Shown piece by piece: positions 7,958-16,569 of a stretch of DNA of 50,839 nucleotides. Made by a program: the position numbers and the translations under genes. The DNA comes from a virus. Lineage: Duplodnaviria > Caudoviricetes. Under the pieces are notes generated by a model. It searched no databases. It saw only the letters and a program-made list of their open reading frames with translations, and was not told the origin of the DNA. Where the stretch lies: positions 1 through 50,839 of IMG/VR virus record IMGVR_UViG_3300025084_000039; one strand, 5' to 3'. Position 1 is the first letter of the stretch. Each line of letters begins with the position of its first letter.

Positions 7958-8128
7958 ATGGATAGAGAGAAACTCAAACTAATTGTAAGGAACATGAAGT
8001 CTCTTGTCGATGCACTAGAGTCTGAAGTCTACTCTGATGTAGATGCATACAAGGCAGAAAACTTTGATGATCCAGCACCTAATTACATAGTAGATTACGA
8101 CGAGGTATTTGAAGACGATGACAATTAA
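7958..8128 (+). CDS. Small acidic hypothetical protein (56 aa, absent from ORF track)
   Basis: MDREKLKLIVRNMKSLVDALESEVYSD...EVFEDDDN; fills the gap before thyX. Confidence 0.75.
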   Translation: MDREKLKLIVRNMKSLVDALESEVYSDVDAYKAENFDDPAPNYIVDYDEVFEDDDN

Positions 8129-8765
8129 TACTGCTACGTTGATCAGCGTAACTCCTGATGCAGAGAAGCACATGGCCTATTGTGCCCGTGTGTCCAATCC
8201 AAATAATCAAGATAATGAAAAGTTTTCTGGTCTTCTTAAGTATTGTGTGAAGCATCAGCACTGGAGTATCTTTGAACAGGCATACATGACTCTGGAACTG
8301 AATACCACACGCGGTATCGCGGCCCAAGTGCTTCGTCACAGGTCATTTACATATCAAGAATTTTCACAACGCTATGCTGATTCTTCCCTACTCTCAGAGA
8401 AGATCCCCTTACCAGAACTCCGTAGGCAGGACACCAAGAATCGTCAGAATTCTATTGATGATCTTGATGCGTTTGAAGTTCAAACTTTAGAAATGCAGAT
8501 GCAAACTTTGTTTGATTCTTCTATGGCACTTTATCAACAAATGCTTGAGCGTGGAGTTGCAAAGGAATGTGCTCGTTTTGTGCTTCCTTTGGCCGTGCCC
8601 ACAAAAATTTACATGACCGGCTCAGTTCGATCATGGATTCATTATATTGATTTGCGTTCTGCTAACGGCACACAGAAGGAGCATATGAATCTTGCTCTGA
8701 GTGCGAAGGAAATTTTCATCGAACAGTTTCCTGCCGTCGCTGAAGCGATGGAATGGGTTTCATAA
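8118..8765 (+). CDS. thyX: Flavin-dependent thymidylate synthase
   Basis: HWSIFE, RHRSFTYQEFSQRY, KECARFVLP motifs. Confidence 0.97.
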   Translation: MTINTATLISVTPDAEKHMAYCARVSNPNNQDNEKFSGLLKYCVKHQHWSIFEQAYMTLELNTTRGIAAQVLRHRSFTYQEFSQRYADSSLLSEKIPLPELRRQDTKNRQNSIDDLDAFEVQTLEMQMQTLFDSSMALYQQMLERGVAKECARFVLPLAVPTKIYMTGSVRSWIHYIDLRSANGTQKEHMNLALSAKEIFIEQFPAVAEAMEWVS

Positions 8766-8768
8766 ATA
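8762..8768 (+). promoter_or_regulatory. Late promoter motif
   Basis: ATAAATA overlapping the thyX stop, 20 nt before next ATG. Confidence 0.55.
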
Positions 8769-8788
8769 TTCACACCAACAATTGAGTT

Positions 8789-9040
8789 ATGCCAACATAC
8801 CCTGTTATTAATCTAGAAACAAAAGAGAAAAAGACACTCAGTATGACTATGAAAGCATACTCAGAGTGGAAAGAAGAGAATCCAGGATGGGATAAAGACT
8901 GGTCAGAAGGATGTGCAGGACAGTCTACTGAGTTTAAGTGGACTGGAGAAGCCAAATCTAGTGGATGGAATGAAGTTCTGGATCGTGCATCTAAACAACC
9001 AGGTGCTAACGTTCGGAAACATCGTGACTACTCCTTCTAA
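8789..9040 (+). CDS. Hypothetical protein upstream of phoH
   Basis: MPTYPVIN...GWNEVL; 83 aa. Confidence 0.8.
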   Translation: MPTYPVINLETKEKKTLSMTMKAYSEWKEENPGWDKDWSEGCAGQSTEFKWTGEAKSSGWNEVLDRASKQPGANVRKHRDYSF

Positions 9041-9055
9041 CTTTTTATACAACTT

Positions 9056-9808
9056 ATGCCCGCAAAAAGAAAGACCCAGACTCCAGTTCCATTCGGAATG
9101 TCCAATAGACAAATGAAACGAAAGAAACCAATCAACTCAGATCTGATGAGGAAGATTGAACCTCTAACACAGAATCAAGAGGAACTCTTCCGCTGCTACA
9201 AGAATGATCAGAACCTTGTAGCGTATGGTTGTGCAGGCACGGGTAAGACTTTTATTACCCTCTACAACGCTCTCAAAGATGTTCTTGATGAAAGGACACC
9301 TTATGATAAGATCTACCTTGTGAGATCGCTTGTGGCTACTAGAGAGATCGGATTCTTGCCTGGAGACCATGAGGATAAGTCTTCACTTTACCAAATTCCT
9401 TATAAGAATATGGTGAAGTATATGTTTGAACTTCCTACAGAGTCAGACTTTGAGATGCTGTATGGTAACCTTAAGACTCAAGGAACTATTTCATTCTGGT
9501 CTACATCTTTTATTCGTGGCACCACACTTGATAATGCGATCGTCATCGTTGACGAATTCCAGAATCTAAACTATCATGAACTTGATAGTATTATTACGAG
9601 GATCGGACAGGACTCCAAGATTATGTTCTGTGGAGATGCTACTCAAACTGATCTTCTAAAAGATAGAGAGAAAAATGGTATTGCTGACTTCATGAAAGTT
9701 TTGCGTATCATGCCCTCTGTCGATATTGTTGAGTTCGGCGTCGAAGATATCGTTCGCTCTGGACTGGTGAAAGAATACTTACTTGCGAAGATGGAACTTA
9801 ATTTATGA
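9056..9808 (+). CDS. phoH: PhoH-family ATPase
   Basis: GCAGTGKT, IGFLPG, RGTTL, DEFQN, GDATQTD, DIVRS. Confidence 0.97.
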   Translation: MPAKRKTQTPVPFGMSNRQMKRKKPINSDLMRKIEPLTQNQEELFRCYKNDQNLVAYGCAGTGKTFITLYNALKDVLDERTPYDKIYLVRSLVATREIGFLPGDHEDKSSLYQIPYKNMVKYMFELPTESDFEMLYGNLKTQGTISFWSTSFIRGTTLDNAIVIVDEFQNLNYHELDSIITRIGQDSKIMFCGDATQTDLLKDREKNGIADFMKVLRIMPSVDIVEFGVEDIVRSGLVKEYLLAKMELNL

Positions 9809-10485
9809 ATTTTACTCATCATAATTTTCTCGGTGACCTTGAACTAAACAAAAAAGAAACAAACGGCATCCGTCTCTACAACCTTCCAAGTGGAGACTGG
9901 GTGCCTTCTATTACGTCTGTAACTTCTTTCTACAATCGACAGATCTTTGTCAAGTGGCGTAAGCGAATTGGTATTGAAGAAGCTAATCGCATTACAAAGA
10001 GAGCAACCTCGCGTGGAACAGACTTCCATGCAGCAACTGAACTCTATATGTTAAACAAAGAAATAAACTGGGACGACTTTAAACCTCTGACCAAGTTTAT
10101 GTTTACCTATGCACGACCATATCTGGACAAGATAAATAATATACACGCTATAGAAAGGACCCTCTATTCTGAATATCTTGGATTAGCTGGTCGCGTTGAC
10201 TGTATCGGAGAGTACGAAGGCGAACTCGCAGTCATCGATTTTAAAACATCCGATAAGATTAAACCAGAAGAGTGGTTGGAGAACTATTTCGTTCAGGAAA
10301 TGTTCTATGCATCTGCTTACTATGAGTTGACTGGCATCCCCGTAAAGAAACTCATTACCATCATGGTCACTCCTGGTGGTGAGGTTAAAGTATTTGACAA
10401 AAGAAACAAAGGGGATTATATTAAATTATTAGTACGTTATATTAAGGAATTTGTATCTCACAATCTTAGGACAGAGAATGAATGA
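9805..10485 (+). CDS. PD-(D/E)XK exonuclease
   Basis: PSITSV, RGTDFH, AGRVDC, IDFKTS, Q..Y motifs. Confidence 0.9.
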   Translation: MNFTHHNFLGDLELNKKETNGIRLYNLPSGDWVPSITSVTSFYNRQIFVKWRKRIGIEEANRITKRATSRGTDFHAATELYMLNKEINWDDFKPLTKFMFTYARPYLDKINNIHAIERTLYSEYLGLAGRVDCIGEYEGELAVIDFKTSDKIKPEEWLENYFVQEMFYASAYYELTGIPVKKLITIMVTPGGEVKVFDKRNKGDYIKLLVRYIKEFVSHNLRTENE

Positions 10486-10732
10486 ACTAGAAAAAGCACT
10501 AGAAAGTAAATTCTTCTGCCCCTCACGGTTTGCACAGGAGATCGAATCCCTGGTGCAGAAAACACAGGGAATGAGTTATATTGATGCAGTGGTTCACTTT
10601 TGTGAGCAGAATGCTATCGACTTAGATTCTGTTCCGAAACTTATATCTAAACCACTCAAAGAAAAAATAAAGTGTGAAGCACTTCACCTAAACTTCTTAA
10701 AGAGAAGTTCCAGGGCTAGATTGCCTGTTTGA
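10478..10732 (+). CDS. gp33: Late transcription coactivator gp33
   Basis: YIDAVVHFCE, LISKPLKEKIKCEA..LNFL; next to gp59 and gp32. Confidence 0.9.
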   Translation: MNELEKALESKFFCPSRFAQEIESLVQKTQGMSYIDAVVHFCEQNAIDLDSVPKLISKPLKEKIKCEALHLNFLKRSSRARLPV

Positions 10733-10787
10733 TTCCATTTTTGGGCGAAAAATTTTCCCGGCCAAAAATCCCCTTATTACTTTTTTG
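10732..10787 (+). repeat. Intergenic hairpin element, copy 1
   Basis: ATTCCA..TATTAC flanks; ATTTTTGG/CCAAAAAT stem; related to 35055-35109. Confidence 0.65.
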
Positions 10788-11381
10788 ATGATGCCTTTTG
10801 ATGCCTATAAGCAGTATCTTTCGTTGAAGAATCACTTCACGAAAGATAAGTATGACTATCACAAGTATTGTGGAAAGAGTCGCGCAACAGTTCAATCTTT
10901 CTACAAAAGGAAAGATCGTTTCTGGTTTGAGAAACTATCACGAAACAAAGATGACAAAGAAGTAATCGAATTCTTTGTATCTAACTTTATTACCTGTACT
11001 GATCCAAGTAAGCTTTGGATAGGAGAAATGATACGTGAAGGTGAAGTTAGATACACTTCATGGAAGAAGAGAACTCAATCACTCTCATATGTTTTTAAGG
11101 AAGAGACAGAGAGAGTCTTTTCAGATAATAATTTTGATGCTATGTTTTCTATGAATGGATCTAGTCATCCAAACATTTTGAAATCGTATCTTAGAGATGA
11201 CATATCAATTGAAACTCTGGTCATTCTTGATAGGATACTTGGATTTAAAAAAAACTGGGATGATAAACTGTCTGATCCAGTGTGGGAAACCGTCAGTATG
11301 AGGATGAAGAAGTATTCGCCATTCCTAAATATTGAGGTATCACGATATAAAAAAATTCTTAAGCAAATTGTTTTAGGGTAA
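10788..11381 (+). CDS. gp59: Helicase loader gp59
   Basis: YLSLKNHF..YDY..Y, RKDRFWFEKLSR, ISIETL. Confidence 0.92.
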   Translation: MMPFDAYKQYLSLKNHFTKDKYDYHKYCGKSRATVQSFYKRKDRFWFEKLSRNKDDKEVIEFFVSNFITCTDPSKLWIGEMIREGEVRYTSWKKRTQSLSYVFKEETERVFSDNNFDAMFSMNGSSHPNILKSYLRDDISIETLVILDRILGFKKNWDDKLSDPVWETVSMRMKKYSPFLNIEVSRYKKILKQIVLG

Positions 11382-11725
11382 TGAGTTTTTTCGATTCCGA
11401 TGTAGTCCGTGCAGAAATGACGGCAATAAGTGAGATTCAAGAGGACGTTTATAAGAACGTCTTTAATTTTCCTTCTATGGATAAAGAAGAAAAACTAGAG
11501 CATGTTATAATGCTCGAAAAACTTCTGGACAAACAGAAAATTCTTTATGCACGTTTGAGTTTGTCTGATGACCCTGAGGCAAAAGAAATGAAAGAGCGGA
11601 TTGTTGAGTCCGCTAAGATGATGGGTCTCCCGAAAGGGACCGACATGAGTATGGTATTCAATAATATGTCACAAATGCTTGAGGTGATGAAGGACCAGAT
11701 TGACAAGACTGGTTCTGACCTGTAG
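11381..11725 (+). CDS. DUF1825-like protein
   Basis: MSFFDSDVVRAE...RLSLSDDP. Confidence 0.75.
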   Translation: MSFFDSDVVRAEMTAISEIQEDVYKNVFNFPSMDKEEKLEHVIMLEKLLDKQKILYARLSLSDDPEAKEMKERIVESAKMMGLPKGTDMSMVFNNMSQMLEVMKDQIDKTGSDL

Positions 11726-11728
11726 AAT
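11700..11728 (+). promoter_or_regulatory. Sigma70-type promoter for gp32
   Basis: TTGACA-17 nt-TAGAAT. Confidence 0.8.
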
Positions 11729-11773
11729 ACCGAGGTACACACAAGCCAAATACGTACAAATCTAAACAATCCT

Positions 11774-12721
11774 ATGTCTTTCGCAAATCTTAAAAAGCAA
11801 TCATCTCTTGGATCTCTGACCTCTAAACTGGTCAAGGAAGTTGAGAAGATGAACAATACCAGTAGCGGTGGAGATGACCGTCTCTGGAAACCAGAAATGG
11901 ACAAGACTGGCAACGGTTATGCAGTCATCCGTTTCCTCCCTGCCCCTAACGAAGAAGAACTTCCTTGGGCAAAGATGTACTCCCATGCCTTCCAAGGTCC
12001 TGGTGGTTGGTATATCGAGAACTCTCTGACTACAAACGGTGGCAAAGACCCTGTGTCAGAGCACAACCGTGAACTCTGGAATAGTGGTCTTGATTCTGAT
12101 AAGGACACTGTTCGTAAGCAGAAGCGTAAACTGTCCTACTATGCCAACATCTATGTGGTTCAGGACAAGGCAAACCCTCAGAACGAAGGTCGTGTCTTCC
12201 TGTATAAGTTCGGCAAGAAGATCTTTGATAAGATCATGGAAGCCATGCAACCTGAGTATGAAGATGAAACTGCCATCAATCCTTTTGACTTCTGGCAGGG
12301 TGCTAACTTCAAACTGAAACTGAAGAAGGTTGCAGGTTATTGGAACTATGACTCTTCTGAGTTTGCAGCATCCTCTCCTCTGCTGGATGATGATGATGCA
12401 CTGGAAGCACTGTGGAAGAAAGAGTATTCTCTGACTGCTCTGACTGCTGCTGATCAGTTCAAGTCCTATGAGCAACTGGAGAGCCGTCTCAAGATGGTTC
12501 TAGGTCAGAAGTCTGCACCTGCTCGTCTTGACGAAGAAGTCTCTGATGAGGATAACGATCGTGGATCCTACGCTCCCGATTTCTCCTCCCGTCGTCCTGA
12601 TCCCACTCCTGCAAAGATCGGCAGTAATGACTTCAACGCACCTGATATCACTTCAACAAAGTCTGCTGACTCTGATGAAGATGATGCTCTGTCCTACTTC
12701 CAGAAACTTGCTGAAGAGTGA
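11774..12721 (+). CDS. gp32: Single-stranded DNA-binding protein gp32
   Basis: DDRLWKP, GNGYAVIRFLP, WYIENS, GANFKLK, acidic tail. Confidence 0.98.
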   Translation: MSFANLKKQSSLGSLTSKLVKEVEKMNNTSSGGDDRLWKPEMDKTGNGYAVIRFLPAPNEEELPWAKMYSHAFQGPGGWYIENSLTTNGGKDPVSEHNRELWNSGLDSDKDTVRKQKRKLSYYANIYVVQDKANPQNEGRVFLYKFGKKIFDKIMEAMQPEYEDETAINPFDFWQGANFKLKLKKVAGYWNYDSSEFAASSPLLDDDDALEALWKKEYSLTALTAADQFKSYEQLESRLKMVLGQKSAPARLDEEVSDEDNDRGSYAPDFSSRRPDPTPAKIGSNDFNAPDITSTKSADSDEDDALSYFQKLAEE

Positions 12722-12786
12722 TGAGATATAACCAGTTGTGTTTAACCTTATTGGTTATCGCAGCATATATTAATCTACTGAAATAG
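12721..12786 (+). CDS. Putative 21-aa hydrophobic micropeptide
   Basis: MRYNQLCLTLLVIAAYINLLK; TGATG coupling to gp32 stop. Confidence 0.4.
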   Translation: MRYNQLCLTLLVIAAYINLLK

Positions 12787-13437
12787 TCTGATATTATCAG
12801 CAGTCTTCATGGATTCAGTCTTATATTGACTGGATCCTTTTTTGTATGTCATTAAAAGTTCAAGATCATCAAGAGCGATATTGAGGTATCTTGGTTTAAG
12901 TAAGAAAATATTTCTTCTCTGCTTCTGCAGATCTTCTTCATAATCATAATTGGTCATGGTTTTGACTGGATACTTAGTTACCATTCCTCCATCACCAGAG
13001 TCATAATATGTGACACTATAATCAGAGGCAACTCTCAAACCTGCTTTTACTATTATGACATTTCTAGTATTTCTTTGTTCTGTAGTTTCATAATGATGTA
13101 CTGTGTTGATACTTTCATATGATCCATACTTATCTAACAAATACTTATCATACTCAAGTTGTTGCATGGGCCACTCAGTTTTAATATTAATTATGTTATT
13201 GCAAGCAAGAACTAACCAATCCAGAGATGAGTCTCCATAGAAATCAAAGGCAACATTATCCGGTCTATCGGCATTAGTGATTTGATACTTTGTAAAAAGT
13301 GTTAGATCCTGAAAGATATCTTCTCTAAGAGCACCCTTTTTAAAAAGATTTTTGACCGGAATGTAATCAGATATATTAGCGTCAGGAAGTCTACTAACGT
13401 ATTCAAAATTAGGAACTTTGTTAAAGTAATTTGACAT
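12775..13437 (-). CDS. gp53: Baseplate wedge subunit gp53
   Basis: YF..PN, DRPDNVAFDFYG..WLVL..NNI, HHYET. Confidence 0.92.
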   Translation of the reverse strand: MSNYFNKVPNFEYVSRLPDANISDYIPVKNLFKKGALREDIFQDLTLFTKYQITNADRPDNVAFDFYGDSSLDWLVLACNNIINIKTEWPMQQLEYDKYLLDKYGSYESINTVHHYETTEQRNTRNVIIVKAGLRVASDYSVTYYDSGDGGMVTKYPVKTMTNYDYEEDLQKQRRNIFLLKPRYLNIALDDLELLMTYKKGSSQYKTESMKTADNIRLFQ

Positions 13438-13438
13438 T

Positions 13439-14848
13439 TTAGAAACCTATTTCTAATGATGGGTCAGTGGAACTTATTCCCCCAGGAACTGGTGGTCCTA
13501 TTTCAGGGGTTAATTGATTTACTACTTCTTCATTTTCGTAATCATCATTAAAGACAGGTTCAAGTTCTTTGAACTCCATCGTGATAGTATATGATGTCAT
13601 AACACCATCTCTAGTAGTAGAATAGTTATTATCAGGGGTGTAGTCTGTGTTCATGGAGGTCAGAGCACACTCTTTCATTTTTCCTATAAAAGGATGCTCT
13701 CCCTGACCTCTTAAGAGGTAATGAATTTGGAATGTATGTGGTGCAAGTAAGAACAGATTTGACTCTGATCTAATGGGTGCCATACCCTGCTTAAAAAATC
13801 TAATAATTTTTACAATCTCTTCTGCTTCTTTTTTGCTACGAGCAGATAATTTAAAGGTAAAATTAAATGGTCTCAGTTGAGGTTCATTAAACAGAAGTTC
13901 AAGGTTTGGGTTTATAGTTGCACCTTTTGTTCTTTTAATTAATCCAGTCACCCCAGCTGCTTTACCGGCAAATATAGATTTAATGGCTGTTTTTACATCA
14001 TCCTTACCTCCCGCGACTGCTGATGAAATTCTTTCCATGGCAGCTGCCGTGGCGTCAGCTCCCTCTATGGCTCCCAGCGCCGCTTTAGCTAAAGCAATCT
14101 TTCCAGCGTTCATTTTATCTTCACCCCAATCGGCACTATTTTGATCTTTGATCCCAGATTGAATTGGTAATACAACAGTGCCTGTTGCTCTGGCACCACC
14201 ATCAGGTCCTACGCGATCTCTGTTCCCAAATCCAAATGTCCCACCTTCCATTAAATCTTTTGTTTCATACTTAAGCATGGTAAATTTCATTACATCTTGT
14301 TTTTCATTCATGTCAATAGGATATCTAAGGTCTCCAAAAGATCTCCTTGTTCCCTTCTTTTCTTTAATGGTTATATTGTTTAATATATCTTGCGCTTCAG
14401 TATTACTTACCGAGTCGGGTGGTAGAGATCCTTGATTATTTTTTTGTAAGGTATTTGCATTCGTCTGTGCTTCTGTCGCGTCTTGTCCCTTTTCGTCTTG
14501 ATTTTCTCTAGTTATTACTTCGTTTGCTTTATTGCGAAGTTGTGATTGAAACTTAGGATCTAAAAATTTCTTTTGTTGTTCTTTGTTAAATACATCACCA
14601 AATCCATCTGGCCAGAAACCAGCTAATTGTGCGCCTTCATGTGGAACAAACTCTTTACTCGGAGGAGTAATTGATCCTAATTTGATATCATTAATTATAT
14701 TTGCTAGTCCAGTACCTCTCCTTTCATACCAAGTTGTTTTCCCAGTATTCTCATCGACAACTGGATATAATGTTTTTCCTTCAAATACGAGGGTGTTTTT
14801 ATCATCTTCACCACCATAATAATCTGGACTTGTAGTATCGTATGACAT
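13439..14848 (-). CDS. gp48: Baseplate tail-tube cap gp48 with N-terminal extension
   Basis: LRYP, NPNLELLF..P.LRPFNFTF, CALTSMNTDYTP, FKELEP. Confidence 0.88.
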   Translation of the reverse strand: MSYDTTSPDYYGGEDDKNTLVFEGKTLYPVVDENTGKTTWYERRGTGLANIINDIKLGSITPPSKEFVPHEGAQLAGFWPDGFGDVFNKEQQKKFLDPKFQSQLRNKANEVITRENQDEKGQDATEAQTNANTLQKNNQGSLPPDSVSNTEAQDILNNITIKEKKGTRRSFGDLRYPIDMNEKQDVMKFTMLKYETKDLMEGGTFGFGNRDRVGPDGGARATGTVVLPIQSGIKDQNSADWGEDKMNAGKIALAKAALGAIEGADATAAAMERISSAVAGGKDDVKTAIKSIFAGKAAGVTGLIKRTKGATINPNLELLFNEPQLRPFNFTFKLSARSKKEAEEIVKIIRFFKQGMAPIRSESNLFLLAPHTFQIHYLLRGQGEHPFIGKMKECALTSMNTDYTPDNNYSTTRDGVMTSYTITMEFKELEPVFNDDYENEEVVNQLTPEIGPPVPGGISSTDPSLEIGF

Positions 14849-14862
14849 TACATACTATCTTT

Positions 14863-15213
14863 TTACTTATTTAGCACACGTTTTTGATATTGTAGTGATA
14901 ATAAATCATCAAGTTCATCTTGCTGAACAATATAAACTTGAGTTCCTAATTCTAGGAAAGTATATTGTCTGTATTCTCCCCAGTGAAAATTAATTCCACG
15001 GAAACCCCAAGGATATAAATCAGTTACTGCAACCAACGGATGCTGGTCGTATTCAATATTTGGTGTCTTTGCAAAGTATCTGAAGGTGCAGATGTTTCCT
15101 TCTTCAGGTATGGGTGTTACAGTATCATTCAGTGCATACATGATCAATTCCATTCTATCATCAACATTAGTTTCTGATTGAATGTCTTGTCTTACTGGTT
15201 CGATACGGTTCAT
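14863..15213 (-). CDS. Short gp2 (DNA end protector)-like protein
   Basis: YDQHPLV and GFRGINFHW resemble the gp2 core; adjacent to gp4. Confidence 0.55.
   Translation of the reverse strand: MNRIEPVRQDIQSETNVDDRMELIMYALNDTVTPIPEEGNICTFRYFAKTPNIEYDQHPLVAVTDLYPWGFRGINFHWGEYRQYTFLELGTQVYIVQQDELDDLLSLQYQKRVLNK
14868..14874 (-). promoter_or_regulatory. Late promoter motif for gp48-gp53
   Basis: CTAAATA on minus strand ~20 nt before gp48 ATG. Confidence 0.55.
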
Positions 15214-15653
15214 TTGATTCCGAGTTCGTCCTCTGTAATTACTTTGAATTCAATTCGTCTGTCTTCACAGAACTCAACTGCAGCTTTCCATTTTGCTTTA
15301 TTGACTTCCCAGGTCTTACACTCATACAGATAAGATTTAGTCACTCTCTTTCTTTGTTTTGGTGGTTGTGTTTGTCTCTTTGGTTTCACTTCAACCACGT
15401 AGGTTTTAACGTGACCTGCGTTTTCTTTTACCTTGATAATGAAGTCAGGAAAATACTTATGCACTCTCCTATCAAGTGGTGAGACGTATGGAATGAAAAA
15501 TTCTTCACTACCCCACTCAAGAATATTGTCATTTAAATCACAGTAACGACAAAACTTGCGCTCCCAACTACTACGACATATAATATTGTTGGGATTACCC
15601 TTATATTTCGTAGGAAACGAAGGTTTGTATTTACTTTTTATACTTTCTCCCAT
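15210..15653 (-). CDS. gp4: Head completion nuclease gp4 (TnsA-like fold)
   Basis: KYKG, RSSWE, WGSEE, YFPDF, EVKP, NKAKW. Confidence 0.95.
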   Translation of the reverse strand: MGESIKSKYKPSFPTKYKGNPNNIICRSSWERKFCRYCDLNDNILEWGSEEFFIPYVSPLDRRVHKYFPDFIIKVKENAGHVKTYVVEVKPKRQTQPPKQRKRVTKSYLYECKTWEVNKAKWKAAVEFCEDRRIEFKVITEDELGIK

Positions 15654-15676
15654 ACATAGTATATAAAGTCAAAAAC

Positions 15677-15684
15677 TATTTATA
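15677..15684 (-). promoter_or_regulatory. T4-type late promoter for gp4
   Basis: Exact TATAAATA on minus strand 23 nt before gp4 ATG. Confidence 0.75.
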
Positions 15685-15685
15685 G

Positions 15686-16537
15686 ATGGCTGGACGAGTA
15701 ACAATAGATCAGTTTAAGTCTCAACTAGGAAGACCGTCTCTTACTTCTAAGTATTATGTAGAGATTCCTCTGCCTGCTAGTACGACTGGTGGAAGCGATA
15801 ATGCATTTAAAAATTTTGCAAAGGCACAGGGATTTGATGTCACAACTGATGTTCAGAGAAATATAAATCTGTATTGCTCAGAGGCATCTCTTCCTGGATC
15901 AAGTATTGCAACGCTTGAACAGACTGGTGATAGGACGGGTGTAACAGAAAGACATGCTCATCGTAGAGTTTTTGATGATAGAATTGATCTTACTTTTTAT
16001 GTTGATGGGGATAACTATACAGTTATTAAGTATTTTGAAACCTGGATAGATTTTATTAGTGGATCTGGAACCACACAAGATAATAAAACATTAAATGAAA
16101 ATTATTTTTATAGAATGAACTATCCAGATGAATATACTTGCTCTGGATTTAAAGTTACAAAATTTGAAAGTGATAGTTTCAGAAACATTAATCCGACTGG
16201 CGGTAGTTTAGTTTATAATTTTGTGAAGGCATTTCCTATTTCAATTAACTCTATGCCTATTTCTTATGATACATCTCAATTATTAAAATGCACGGTGTCT
16301 ATGACGTACTTGAGATATGTTATTGAAAGAACCACAGCACAAACACCACCTGCAGAGAAAACACCACAACCAAAAGTGCCACAACCAAAAGATGGTTCAT
16401 CATCTGCTCAACAGTTCTTTAATGATAATAGAAGTAGTTTACTTAAAGATAAGAACGGAAGTAAATTTAATTTTGATATAGACAAATTTGGTGGTGGTAA
16501 ACCTCTAAACACAAATCTCAATTCAAATGTTGCCTAA
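15686..16537 (+). CDS. Tail-tube-fold baseplate protein (gp19/gp54-like)
   Basis: C.EASLPG, LTFYVD..Y..KYFE.W, AFP.SI, LLKCTVSMTY. Confidence 0.75.
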   Translation: MAGRVTIDQFKSQLGRPSLTSKYYVEIPLPASTTGGSDNAFKNFAKAQGFDVTTDVQRNINLYCSEASLPGSSIATLEQTGDRTGVTERHAHRRVFDDRIDLTFYVDGDNYTVIKYFETWIDFISGSGTTQDNKTLNENYFYRMNYPDEYTCSGFKVTKFESDSFRNINPTGGSLVYNFVKAFPISINSMPISYDTSQLLKCTVSMTYLRYVIERTTAQTPPAEKTPQPKVPQPKDGSSSAQQFFNDNRSSLLKDKNGSKFNFDIDKFGGGKPLNTNLNSNVA

Positions 16538-16543
16538 TAAATA
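16537..16543 (+). promoter_or_regulatory. Late promoter motif
   Basis: ATAAATA in the gap before gp26. Confidence 0.6.
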
Positions 16544-16569
16544 ATCATACTGAACTTCTATAGGATATT

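Noticed and set aside
9805-10485. Cas4 / CRISPR system
   Set aside because: No Fe-S cysteine cluster, other cas genes or repeat-spacer array seen; ordinary phage exonuclease context.
15210-15653. TnsA transposase / mobile element
   Set aside because: Same fold as gp4 and in the gp4 position; no other Tn7 genes or ends.
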